The position numbers were made by a program, and so were the translations under genes. This document shows positions 27,617-39,437 of a stretch of DNA of 64,000 nucleotides, piece after piece (within the stretch, counting starts at the first letter, position 1; the number at the start of each line of letters is the position of its first letter). The stretch is from Octopus vulgaris (Eukaryota), in NCBI GenBank assembly GCA_951406725.2, contig OX597816.1, positions 102,610,001-102,674,000 of the forward strand. The letters are read 5' to 3'. The notes below the pieces were generated by a model. It was not told the DNA's origin. It worked only from the letters and a program-made list of their open reading frames with translations, and ran no database searches.

Positions 27617-28030
27617 TGCGATGTGGAAAGCAATTTGCTTTCCAACCAAATGCTTTCAGATTTAGTTGCACCGCGTGGCACCTTGGTTACGTTTCTGCTA
27701 CTATATAGCCTTGGACTGGGCAGACCCTTGTAAGTGAATTTTGTGGACGGAAACTGAAAGAAGCCCATCGTATATATGTATGTGTGCGTGTGCGTGCGTC
27801 TTTGTATCTGTATCTCCCCAACACCACCACAACCACCACCACCACCGCCACTTGACAACCCGTGTTGGTTTGTTTACATCTCCGTAACTTAGCGGTTCGG
27901 CATAAGAGCCGATGGAGTAAGTAACAGACTTTAAAAAAATAAATACTAGGGTCGATTTATTCGACTAGAACCCTTCAAAGCAGTGCCCCAGCGTGGCCAC
28001 AATCCAATGACTGAAACCCATAAAAGATAA
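27617..28030 (+). mobile_element. SINE-B, near full length, with internal microsatellite
   Basis: gtggcaccttgg...gacggaaactgaaagaagccc...cttgacaacc...cgtaacttagcggttcggc...ggggtcgatt...ccagcgtggcc...aatgactgaaac; same ordered motifs in other B copies. Confidence 0.85.
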
Positions 28031-28159
28031 ACGATAACAATACGAAACTAAAAAAAAAAAAGAAAGAAAGAAAAAAGGGAGAGAAATAGATACCGTCCAG
28101 AGCTTCAGTAAAACTTCGGAATTGGCAAATTTACAAATTTAGTTGTTGAGACAAAAAGT

Positions 28160-28530
28160 TAAGGTTTCGGACAAAATTTGTGAGAAATGAGGAATTTAAA
28201 AAAAGAATGTAAATAAATTAAAAGCTGGAGATAGAAACAAGATAAGGCGGTTACCGTAGTGAATGAAAGATATAGAGTGAAGTATGGCTTGAGTGTACTG
28301 GTGTGAGAGGAAGTGTGAAGTATGGTTTTCTTAGGGAGAATGATGAGTGGTCTGATAAGTGGCGGCATGAGAAAGGGCTGGCAGTGCAGTTGAGATAACC
28401 TGTGACACAATCATACAGTAAGAAAACAATAAAGAAAAAAAAAATACTAGTGGTTGAGTGAGTGACGCGAAGAGCATCTGGGTTCGGTGGTAGTTTGAGA
28501 GGATGTTCGCGATTCTGGGTTTGTGGTTTT
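28160..28530 (-). mobile_element. Possible highly decayed CR1/Jockey-like LINE 3' end
   Basis: Fragmentary minus-strand peptides (CHRLS...LMPPLIRP...PYFTLP) resemble post-RT tails; frames are broken. Confidence 0.3.
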
Positions 28531-28880
28531 ATTAGCTCAAACGATACAGTATAACACACGCACACTCTTCATTTTATATTAACCTGTAGTATACTGGGCA
28601 ATAGCAGGAATCATTTTGCCTTTAAGATAATAGATTTAATTCATTTTTGAATAACATTAACGGCACTAGATATTACTACTTAAATGTGGATGTTCTAATA
28701 AAACAAACTATACTGCGGTAGTTACCATCAGAGAAACTCTCATATTGGCTTTTGGTGCAAAATACACGCTTATTTATATCGCTAGCGGAGAGATAAATCC
28801 CCACCACCTTTTTTGCACCGAAGTCAGCAGATAACGTGATTTCGACACCTTCCCTGGTCTCGCTAATGATGGACGCTCGA

Positions 28881-28895
28881 TCGCTAGAGGGAGCA
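28881..28895 (+). promoter_or_regulatory. CTCF-like motif TCGCTAGAGGGAGCA
   Basis: Resembles the core CCRCYAGRKGGCRS with two mismatches; motif match only. Confidence 0.35.
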
Positions 28896-29416
28896 GCGAT
28901 CCATCTCTCTATTATCGATATATAGAAAAACTGCCAGAAAGTATATACATGAAAATAAATGGTGCAGAAAATAGAAAGTACAGAGAAATTACATCTGTTT
29001 AAAATGAAATTATTAGCCATTTTCTGAATTATACATTAAGTTTCAAGTATAAAATTAACATTTTCAAAATGAATTGGAAATCATTTACTTTTTCATATTT
29101 AGTAATTAATTTTTATAGATGTAGTCATGATAATCATTGCCTAATTTGTATATATTTATCAGTATAGATCATAATCATCACTCACAGGCAAGTATGACTG
29201 GTAACTTAAACATACTTTTTGAGACTGCTAAATCCGTTGAATTTATGGATTTATGATCGGTTTCTATTTAGTTTCTGTCAACCCAATATAACTCAAAAGA
29301 CTTGGGCTGTCCTAAGGCTACGATAAAAAAAAATCACTTGGTTAGACACTGGATTTGAGCGTGGGATCTCGGGATTGCAAAAGGATTTTCTTAACAATTC
29401 TGAGTTGTTTTAAAAT

Positions 29417-29628
29417 AATCCTTTCTACTTACTATAGGTACAAGGCCTTGAATTTGTGGAGAGGGGGATAGTCGATAACGTCGACCTCAGTACTTGACTG
29501 GTACTTAATTAATCGACCCCGAAAGGATGAAAGGTAAGTCAACCTCGGCGAAATTTGAACTCAGAATGTAAAAACGTACGAAATACTGCTAAGTATTTTG
29601 CTCGGCGTGCTAACGATTCTGCCAGCTC
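29417..29628 (-). mobile_element. SINE-A, tail type 3
   Basis: ctttctac...tataggtacaaggcc...gactggtacttaattaatcgaccccgaaaggatgaaagg...tttgaactcagaa...gctaacgattctgccagctc. Confidence 0.9.
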
Positions 29629-30095
29629 AACAACATATAACAATATCATGCATTGCTGTAACTTCTTGTTTTCCTAATTTTCCTCAAATAAATCACATAA
29701 ACTGTTATGTTGAAACAAACCAGTATTCACTTTTGTATATATTCAGTTATGTGTTTGTGTGTATATGTGCGTGTGTATTTGTGTAAATATATGTGAATGT
29801 ATGTGTGTGTGTGTGTGTGTGTGTAAATGTATGTAACTACATGCGTGTGCATATTTTTGTGAATGAGCTTCTGTAAGCACGTATATGAGTGTATACGCAC
29901 ATCTATATAAACATTCATGTATTTCTATACAAGATGGCGATGTTTCGTCTATTGAAGGCTACATTGGGACAGGAAATAGTTGTGAGATAGTCACTCGAGA
30001 CTTTTATCAGGTTAATAGGTTAAAGAATACCGGGTTAAAATTTCTACACGAGTAATCTATACGAATGTAAAGTATGCATCATTGACAAGCTAGAG

Positions 30096-30142
<47 letters not shown>

Positions 30143-30816
30143 TCACACACACACATACACTCACACACACATGTATGTATCTATTTATCAATATACATGT
30201 ACACGTACATACATACATACATACATACATACATACATACATACATACATACATACATACACACATACATTAATATATATTACAAAATAGAAATGAAAAT
30301 TTCGATATTCAGTGAAATAATTTAGTTCTTACCTTGCAATATATATTCAGGAATAAAACATAACAACTTCCGGTAATGGCTGCCATTTTAAGTAAATGTC
30401 CGCAACATTCTATTTTTTTATTTTTTATATTTTAATGTTTTTCTATTAGTTCTGAAATAGACAAGAATAAAAATAGAAAATTAAGTTCAATGTTAGAATT
30501 CATTATAAACGGTTTAATAATTCATAATTAATATCAGTCTTAACAATTATCAGCAAACACACACACACACACATGCATACAATATATACATAAATACATA
30601 CACATGCGTGTTGGGGTAGGGTATTTAGAGTTCTGTGACACTGTGAATGCTGGCGGGATTCATACAGCTCTTGCAAGCTAAACATTACATAGATTTTGGT
30701 TGAGTAGACAGACATTTGGTGTAGACAAAATACGTAGAATTTGGCTGGAGATACATAGTCTAGATTTTGTTTAGATAGAGGCAGCAATAACAACACTACC
30801 ACCAATAATAATAATT

Positions 30817-30976
30817 GTTTCAATTTTTTGCACAAAGCCAGGAATTTTGGAGGAAGAGGGAGTCGATTACACCGACGCAGTACTTGGTCGGTACTTTATT
30901 TTATCGACCTTAGTGTAAGTATCGACCATAGCGTAATTTGAGCTTAGAACAACCCCGGAAGAAATGCCGCTAAGCT
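30817..30976 (-). mobile_element. Decayed SINE-A
   Basis: gcacaaagccagg...gtcgattacaccgac...ggtactttattttatcgacc...gaaatgccgctaagc. Confidence 0.7.
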
Positions 30977-31284
30977 CTTTGTATGAATATTGCTTATTTC
31001 AACGGCCATGGAGATATGAGAAAATCGATTCCAACAGAATTCGAACTAGCAGCGTATATAATTACAATCAGTGCATTTTATCTGTATTACGACACATGAT
31101 AATGATGATTGTGGTGGTGGTGGTGGTGGTGGTTGTGTTGCTGTTAGAGCTGGTGCTGGTATGGTTCAAACTGAGTTTTCAGAAGTGACGGCTGTAGTAT
31201 AAAGAGCACCCCCCCTCAACAACGAGTACACACCAATGTATGAATTTATACGTACATACATACATACGTCCGTGCATACCATAA

Positions 31285-31367
<83 letters not shown>

Positions 31368-31605
31368 GGAAAAGCAACAACACGGACACCAACATCAGTG
31401 GCAGCAATTTCAAAAGCAACTAAACAATAAAAGCAGCGAAAAAAAAAAAGATCTATCAAAAATTCTTTATTTTACTGCAACACGAAACGACGAAAATTTT
31501 CTTTATGTCACTAAGAACATGAGATTCTAATCAACATTAAACAACAAAATCGCTACTTAATTATTTCAAGTGAAGCCATCTTTCAAATTTATGAAAAGAA
31601 AGAAG

Positions 31606-31697
<92 letters not shown>

Positions 31698-32208
31698 GGG
31701 GAGAGGGTGCTGTTTCTGCGTGCGCGTGTACTTGAAGTGGCCATACTTCTCATTTCTTTGATCGGTACTCCATTTCCGGTTTGTCATACCAATATTTGCT
31801 CCGCACGAATCACTTTCACACACCTGCACACAACACATTTAAACTCAGAAAAACACTTACAAATATACACGCATACACATACATCTCATCCATTTGGGTG
31901 AATGTATCTATGTATATTGGTGTGTAGATGGATGTGTGGTAAAATATATATATTTGCGTTAATGTAGCATATGTGTTTACGAGCATTCTTTCTGACGTAC
32001 ATATTGAGCTCTAACGTGAGACGCAAACCTTCAACAGTTAGCGGGGGATGAGGTTGAGCTAGTCGACCTACCACTACTTACTTTAACTCTCTCACCTTGA
32101 GTTCTCAATTCCTGGTGGAGTCGCAGAGTCGTCGTTCTTACATACGACATGTTTCGGGTATTGAAAACGATCCCTCTCTATATCTGACTACAATCGATTT
32201 ACTTCAGA

Positions 32209-32271
<63 letters not shown>

Positions 32272-32294
32272 TGTAGAGTGTGGTGGGGTGTTAG

Positions 32295-32545
32295 AAGAAA
32301 CGAACTGGCACTTATTTCTTACCCCACGAAAGGATGATGAAAAGCAAAGCTGACCTTGGCAGGATTTGAACTCAAATCCAGAGTGCCAAGGAAAATCGCA
32401 AGACATTTAGAATTCTGCCGAGGTCACCTTTGCCGTTTATCCTTTCGTGGTTGATAAAATAAGCATCAGTTGAGCACTAGGGTCGATGTAATCGACTTAA
32501 CACCTCCCCTAAAATTATTGGTCATGTGCCAAAATTAGAAAGAAA
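32295..32545. mobile_element. Head-to-head inverted SINE-A pair
   Basis: ccacgaaaggatga...gcaaagctgaccttggcagg is complementary to ctgccgaggtcacctttgc...tatcctttcgtgg about 45 nt downstream. Confidence 0.8.
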
Positions 32546-32555
32546 GATCATTTCT

Positions 32556-32701
32556 TTTTATTGTCTGGGGAGAGTCATTCTCATTTAGTGCCTTATTAAT
32601 TTAACGCACTCATTTACGTGTAATTGAGTGAGAATCAGACCGCTGAGTGTTTTAAATTAATAAGGTACTAAAAGAGAATGACTTTCCCCAGACACAATAA
32701 A
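32556..32701. repeat. Long inverted repeat (~57-bp arms, ~30-bp spacer)
   Basis: ttttattgtctggggagagtcattctcatttagtgccttattaatttaacgcactca versus tgagtgttttaaattaataaggtactaaaagagaatgactttccccagacacaataaa. Confidence 0.9.
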
Positions 32702-32855
32702 TTATGCTTCAACACACGAATTCACATTAAGAATCTTGCAAACCACACACAAAAACGAAATATTTCTTTTTGTAATGTTTTCGCATTTCAGCAGAGGAAA
32801 CAACGACAACGACGATGATGACAGCAATAACTGATTTTGCTCTACAAGGAACATT

Positions 32856-33149
32856 GTTGTTATTTGTTCCTTCTCGAGCCATGCCTGGTTCCCCGGTTTC
32901 ATTGGGGTATAGATTCCCCACCTGGACAGGATGCCGGTCCGTTGCAGGTGAGCTGCTAGATACAGGTGGAAAGAGTGAGAGAAAGTTGTGGCGAAAGAAT
33001 CAGCAGACGTTCACCCTTGCCTTCTGCTAGAGCTGAGTGGAACCTAAGTGTTTCGCTCATAAACACACTCATCACCCGGTCTGAAATTCGAACCCGCGAT
33101 CCCTCGATCGCGAATCAGCAGCTCTAACCACTAGGCCATGTGTCTCCAC
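32856..33149 (-). mobile_element. tRNA-derived SINE-C, full length, with 12-bp TSD
   Basis: A box TGGCCTAGTGG, B box GGTTCGAAT, 3' module cctgcaacggaccggcatcctgtccagg...gaaaccgg, (AAC)-type tail; TSD acaaggaacatt at 32844-32855 and 33150-33161. Confidence 0.9.
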
Positions 33150-33824
33150 ACAAGGAACATTAGCTGTCGTTAATTCCTATAACGTTGTACATGCGTATAC
33201 CATAAAGCGATCTTATCAGTAATAATAATAATAATAGTTTCAAATTTTGGCACAATGCCCGAAATTTCGAGGGAGGTGCTAAGTCGATTACATAGACTCA
33301 CAGTGATCAAGCGGTACTTATTTCATCGAGTCCAAAAGCATCAATAAATTAAGTACCAGTTGATAATAATAATAAATAACAACTGTTTTCTGATTTGGCA
33401 AAGAGTATTCCGATGAAAATTACAGACAACACCATACAACTTATGAATTCAGAAGTAATACGTTAGCATATTTAATCTCGCTGAGTCCTATTGAAGTATA
33501 GCATTGATTAACCTTACAAAGATAGCGCAGACACAGTTGATGTTTGAATCCAGAAATAAATCTCACAGAACGAAACGCTGTAAACCATTAGATGTATCTC
33601 ATACCACTAGCGGCATTCCTCCCATATTTACCTCATTTTTGTGAAACCTGTCCCGCATACATACAAAATGCACATACTTTCATACATGGATATACGCATC
33701 ATACATATTCATACATACATACATATGTAATGATATACATGTGTGTTCTGTATATGTCTAATTTATGATTTACACATAGTATTTAAATGTGCGTGTGAAC
33801 GTGTGTATCTGAGTATACGTCTAG

Positions 33825-33869
<45 letters not shown>

Positions 33870-33961
33870 CATGTGTGTAATATATACATATAAATATATA
33901 TATACACATGTACATATGTATATATAGGCACATACGCACACATATATATATATATACATGC

Positions 33962-33994
<33 letters not shown>

Positions 33995-34014
33995 TGCACG
34001 CACACACACACCCA

Positions 34015-34072
<58 letters not shown>

Positions 34073-34551
34073 GTATTAAACATTAGTAAATTAGTAATAT
34101 ATATATGTTTGTATGTATGTATGTATGTATATAAAACACAGAAGAAATATATTTGCGTGCCATTTTCAAAGGACACTTCTGGAATTTCGTTTTAAAATCG
34201 AGTCTATTTTGGAAATGGAATTTGAAGTCTTCCAAATGAATATTTCTAACTACCATTTAATATATGCAGGTCACGTGGTGATGTCACGTATATTCATAAA
34301 GGCAAGAGTCTGGCAAAATTACACGAGTTGCTGGATGAAGTCTCCTTTATTTCAATGTTGATTAGGCTTCTCAATCAGAAATATTCCCTAGTTCGCATTT
34401 ATTAAACTATTATTGACTTTTTTTTTTTGCTTTATCTATTTGTTGTTGTTATTATTGTTTATTTTAACCTAAATTCTCAGCTACAGTTCTGATCTTACAC
34501 ACCTACTCCTGTCACCCCAAAACACAAAAGACCAAATCGATTCTTTACGAA

Positions 34552-34645
34552 ATAGTAGTTGTAGTAGTGGTAGTAGTAGTGGTAGTAGTCGTAGTAGTAG
34601 TAGTAGTAGTAGTAGTAGCAGCAGCAGCAGCAGCAGCAGCAGTGG

Positions 34646-34694
<49 letters not shown>

Positions 34695-34800
34695 GGTGGT
34701 GGTGGTGATGACGATGACGAGGACAATGATGTTGCTGATGTTGATAATATAAATAACAACAAAACGACTGCAACAACAACAACAATAATGATAATAATCC
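34552..34800. repeat. Compound trinucleotide array (TAG)n(CAG)n(GAT)n(GGT)n
   Basis: Directly visible. Confidence 0.95.
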
Positions 34801-35990
34801 ATGAAACTAAGTGAAAAGAGTCATTCTAGCGGAAGCTGTGAAGTGATGTGTTCAACACAGAAAATTAATTCCTTCCTTTTTTATTTTTGCTTCTCTCTTT
34901 CCTTCTTTCTTTCTCCTTATTTCTCTATCTGTTATTTTTGTTTGTTTGTTTCTTTCTTTCCTTCAGTATTTGCTTCTTCATTGCATTGCTTCTTTGCTTC
35001 ATTCATCTCTTTTTTTTTTGTTTTTCCTTCTTTCTGCATTTATTTCTTCCCTTCATTTCTTCTTCCTTCTTCATCCTTTCCTTCTTTCATTCATTCATTC
35101 ATTCATTCATTCAATCCTTTTTTCTTTCTTTCTTCTTGTCTTTTATTTGTTTGTTTCTTTCTCTCTGTCTTCCTCCCTCTCTCTATTTCTCCCTTCCCTC
35201 TCCTTCGTTCGTTCGTTCGTTTGTTCGTTCGTTCCTCCCTTCCTTCCTTTAAACCAACATTAAAAAAAAAAAAAAACGTTACTTGCGAACCAAGGATGTA
35301 ACGAAAGAACCATTACGGTTATAAATGCTAACAAAGGCAATATAGCCTCGTAATCTTGAAAGGAAGATATTTTCGCACACAAAGACAATGGCGAATAAAA
35401 TGAAAACGAAGAAAATTGGTATGTGCTAGCTGTGTTGTAAAATCCGAAATACAGCAAGTCGATGGTCAATAAACACCAGTTCTCATTTATTGCTCGATAA
35501 AATAAAAAAAAAAGAAATAAAGAAAAAAAAAGAAAGAGAAAACAAAAATACACTCAGCAGGTTTAATCCCAAGACCAACCACAAACGAACAATTTTGCAC
35601 AAGATGCAAAACAATATAATAGTATTTTATTGCATGAAGGCCTTTGATAATTATGTTTTGCACACTGATGCCAAAGCGATCACTATTGAGAATCGCCACT
35701 GCTAACTTCCATATATAACAGCTCAGTGTATAGGAGACTAAACATTAGCTTAGCTACATAAAGATGAAGGATATGACGTGTTCAGTGAACCATTAAAACT
35801 CAAAAGATACTATCCCGTACTTAGAAGCGTGTAGTGTTTAAATAGCGAGATATAAAAGAAGTATATTAGACAAAGCTTCATTAACGGAGTACAATAGATT
35901 GCATTAGGACTTGGGATAATATTAAGAAGTGGAAAGAATTAATGAAAACACCAGAAAGTTATTAAATCACATACTTTATGTGTATATGTG

Positions 35991-36035
<45 letters not shown>

Positions 36036-36150
36036 TTGTGTGTGTGTAGTACATACATACGTATATACACATACATATGTATGTATGTACGTATGAATGT
36101 ATGTATGTATATATGTATGTAGGTACTTATATGAATACTCATGTCGTTTA

Positions 36151-37004
36151 TCTTTTATTTCATCCAGTCATTGGACTGCGGCCATGCTGGAGTACCGCCC
36201 TGGAGGGTTTTAGTTGAACGAATCGACACCGTTTCTCATATTTTAAGGCCTGGCGCTTATTCTATCCCTTTTCCAAACCATTAAGTTATTGGGACGTAAA
36301 TGCACGATCACCGGTCAAGTGGTGGTGAGGGAAAAGCACAATGACACACACACACACACACAAGTAAACACACACACAAGCACACACACACACAAGTAAA
36401 CACACACACAAGCACACACACAAGCACACACACACACAACTAACCAAACAGATAGACCCTGAAGAAGGTGCACTGAAAATCGTGCCAGGCTACAACTACA
36501 ACTACCCGTAATCTATACAGTGAAAGCACGTAAGTCATAATGGTATTAAAAATATGCTGTATAAAATGGCAAGATAAGAGCGAATAAAGTCTCCATGTTC
36601 TATATCGTTATAATTACTGCTGATATATATTCCAGGCAATATTACCGTCCATTGAAGCGAACACAGAATTACCCATTGGAGAAATTTACAAAGTGACTAA
36701 CAACTAATAGTAGTCATAGGCGTTAAATACTGATCGATATAGAGTTATCTGTAACATGGAATATAACTAAGAGTCACCACAGTATCCATCTGGATGAAAT
36801 ATCCCTCCAAACTCACCCCCCCACACACACACACATACATACGACGGACTTCTTTCAGTTTCCGACTGTTAAATCTGCTCACAAGGCTTTGGTCGGCCCG
36901 GAGCTATAGCAGAATACATTTGCCTAAGGGTCCACGCAATGAGACTGAACTCGGAAGTACGCGCATAGGAAATAAACGTCTTACCACGCAGCCACGCCTG
37001 CGCC
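36151..37004 (-). mobile_element. SINE-B split by an ~350-bp insertion in its internal (CA)n tract
   Basis: 3' part 36151-36345 (cagtcattggactgcggccatgctggag), 5' part 36840-37004 (ctttcagtttccg...cttaccacgcagccacgcctgcgcc), unrelated sequence between. Confidence 0.75.
36455..36536 (+). ncRNA. Degenerate Penelope-type hammerhead motif
   Basis: gacc-CTGAAGA-aggtgcactg...cagt-GAAA-gcacgTA-agtc; stem II closing actg/cagt, weak stem I gac/gtc. Confidence 0.4.
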
Positions 37005-37116
37005 TGCTGAATGTTTTACAGGTATCACAGGGAGGATTAAAACCATTTTTCTGTTGTCAACTATAAAACTGTGTCCTTTGACACTTAGCTAATTGTTCTG
37101 TCGCAAGACGTAATAT

Positions 37117-37329
37117 TGTTTTCAAATTTTGGCACGAGGCCAGAAATTTCAGCGGGGTGGGTAAATCGATTGCATCGACCTCAGTGCACAACCAGTGCTT
37201 GTATTCTCGACTCCGAAACGATAAAAGGTGAGATGGACCTCGGCGGAACTTGAACTCGGAACATATAGATGGACTAAATGCTGGTAAGCATTTAACCGGC
37301 GTTCTCACGATTCTGCCAGCTCGCCGCCT
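37117..37329 (-). mobile_element. SINE-A, tail type 2, with ~16-bp TSD
   Basis: tttcaaattttggcacgaggccag...cctcggcggaacttgaactc...gattctgccagctcgccgcc; flanks tcgcaagacgtaatat / tcgcaaggcataatat. Confidence 0.9.
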
Positions 37330-38586
37330 TCGCAAGGCATAATATCACTTACATTTAATTTAATTTAGAGTTATTTACTCTGAAGAGATGCATACAGACA
37401 ATACCTCTTGACCACTTTGTCTTCTACATATCACAGCTACAACTATTGCCACTATATCTATGTGTGTGTGAGTGTGTGTGTATGTGTGTGAGTGTGTGTG
37501 TGAGTGTGAGTGTGTGTACAAACATATAGACATATGGATGTGTGTATGTGAGAAAACAGAAAGAGGAAACAGCAAAGGTTCGTGTCCCAGCGGGGTGATT
37601 ACTGTTGGAACTGTCATTCGTATCATCATTATGAATGCAGCCAGACTTTGTTTCAAACAAGTATGAACCAAACGTGTATGTGTAAATGTGTGTATACATG
37701 CATACACACATGGAACTTCATAATCATACACATGTATATGTATATATAAAATTATATGTATATACATGTATACGCACACACACACATACACACACACACA
37801 CACACACATATATATCTATATCTATCTATATATATATGAGTATGTATGTATCTATGTATGTATGTAATCATGTATGTGCGTATAAATAGTATTTACAGAA
37901 ATGCATGCAATATTTATGTATCGACAGAAGTGAAATAAACAAAACATAAAAGATCAGTGTTGCTATGAATAATAACATCGTTTTCCAAATTGATGCACTT
38001 TGCATCGTTGCCAGACTGTCATTTTGTTTCATATTCAAAATGTCAACCAACGTTCATCAGGAAGCTCTACGTAGTCTCTGGTGATTTTCTCTTCTCGCCA
38101 GGCGTTCGGTCAAATAGACTCTAAAAGTATCTGTCAGCCAATGTTGTATGACGAATTTGGCAACTGAATCTCCTTCAAGGACAGTCTATATATTTGTGTA
38201 TGAAAAATTACGAAAGAGACACTTTAGTGATCCTCTCTGCACAGAACCACCTTAAAAACTTATGAATTCTGATATAACATATGACCACAGAAAGTCAGAG
38301 ATGGAATCTCTGTTGTCGGTCTGTCTGTTTGACATAGGGACCAAAGCTCCTTCAAATCATATTGTATCATCTTAAATAAGAGAGTCATGTTAAATAATAC
38401 AGTAGAAGGTAGACTGTGACTAAAAGTTATGGATGATCGTGGTTTAAATGTTTTTGTTCGGAGTTGAGTCGGGGTTCAACAAAATGATAATGGCATCTAG
38501 GTTGGATATTTTGGGAGCAAGGTATAATCGACGGAGATGAAAGAGAAAATTGGAAAAGAATACAACTGAATAGTCAGATCAATGCC

Positions 38587-38798
38587 GGTTTCAAATTTTG
38601 GCACAAGTCCAGGAATTACGGGGAAGGGTGTAAGTGGATTGTATTGACCCCAGTGTGCGACTGGTACTTATTTTATCGACCCCGAAAGGATGAAAGGCAA
38701 AGTCGACCTCAGTGGAATTTGAATTCAGAACGTAAAGACGAACGAAATGCCGCTAAGTACTTTGTCCGGCGTGCTATCGATTTTGCCAGCTTGCCGCC
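38587..38798 (-). mobile_element. SINE-A, tail type 2, well conserved
   Basis: ggtttcaaattttggcacaag...ttttatcgaccccgaaaggatgaaaggcaaagtcgacctc...gaaatgccgctaag...gccagcttgccgcc. Confidence 0.92.
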
Positions 38799-38819
38799 AT
38801 GACAGTAGGATTTACTACC

Positions 38820-39205
38820 AAAATATTTGCATCATTACTGATGTAGCTTCATCTGCAGACATGAATGTAACGGTCAAAAACAAGATTGAATAGGAAAATA
38901 CTAGGATTTGGCCTGGGAATTATGAGGTCTGTAGAAGGTCTGTACAAAAGTAATCCCATCTATTATAAGCGCCCTAAGTACCGTCACCAACAGCCTTAAC
39001 AATTCTTCTATTTAGATAGGTGAAACATTCAGAGTTGTATTAATTCAGATGTCTACTCTATTAAGAACAGCAAGGATTACAAGAAGAATCTTTGATATCT
39101 AAGGAAACTGGTTGTGACCCAGTATCGAGGACATTGATTCCAAATACTAAACATTCATGTACACCAAGAATACTACTACGACTACTGAACTACTACTAAT
39201 GATGA
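38820..39205 (+). mobile_element. R4/Dong-like RLE LINE 3' end
   Basis: CIITDVASSAD...KY*DLAWEL...KVIPSIISALSTV...IQMSTLLRTARITRRIFDI* followed by a short UTR and (TAC/TAA)-type tail. Confidence 0.75.
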
Positions 39206-39216
39206 TAATTTATTAA

Positions 39217-39437
39217 TCCCTTGCAGACGGATTTAGTACTGACAGTCTGTGCTGTGTACTGGTATTAGGCCGTCCAGTAACTACATCATCTTCCACACAA
39301 GGAACTTTTACAGAGTATTTACAGATTCTTCTCAGTATGGTATATTTGAAAATACGGTGCAGCACAGAGTGAGACATCGCACTGCTCACACATACGGTGT
39401 TTCGATGCGGTCAGTACCGTTTCCCGTCTGCAAGGGG
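39217..39437. mobile_element. piggyBac-type MITE (221 bp)
   Basis: TTAA on both sides (39213-39216, 39438-39441); TIRs cccttgcagacgg / ccgtctgcaaggg plus subterminal gtactgac / gtcagtac. Confidence 0.85.

Noticed and set aside
29935-29972. Minus-strand cccaatgtagcc...gacGAAACatcg, and similar GAAACATGTC at ~32145-32175
   Set aside because: CUGANGA box not present; too degenerate to call hammerheads
33075-33149. tRNA-like sequence with A and B boxes
   Set aside because: No proper acceptor stem; it continues into a SINE body flanked by a TSD, so it is a SINE head
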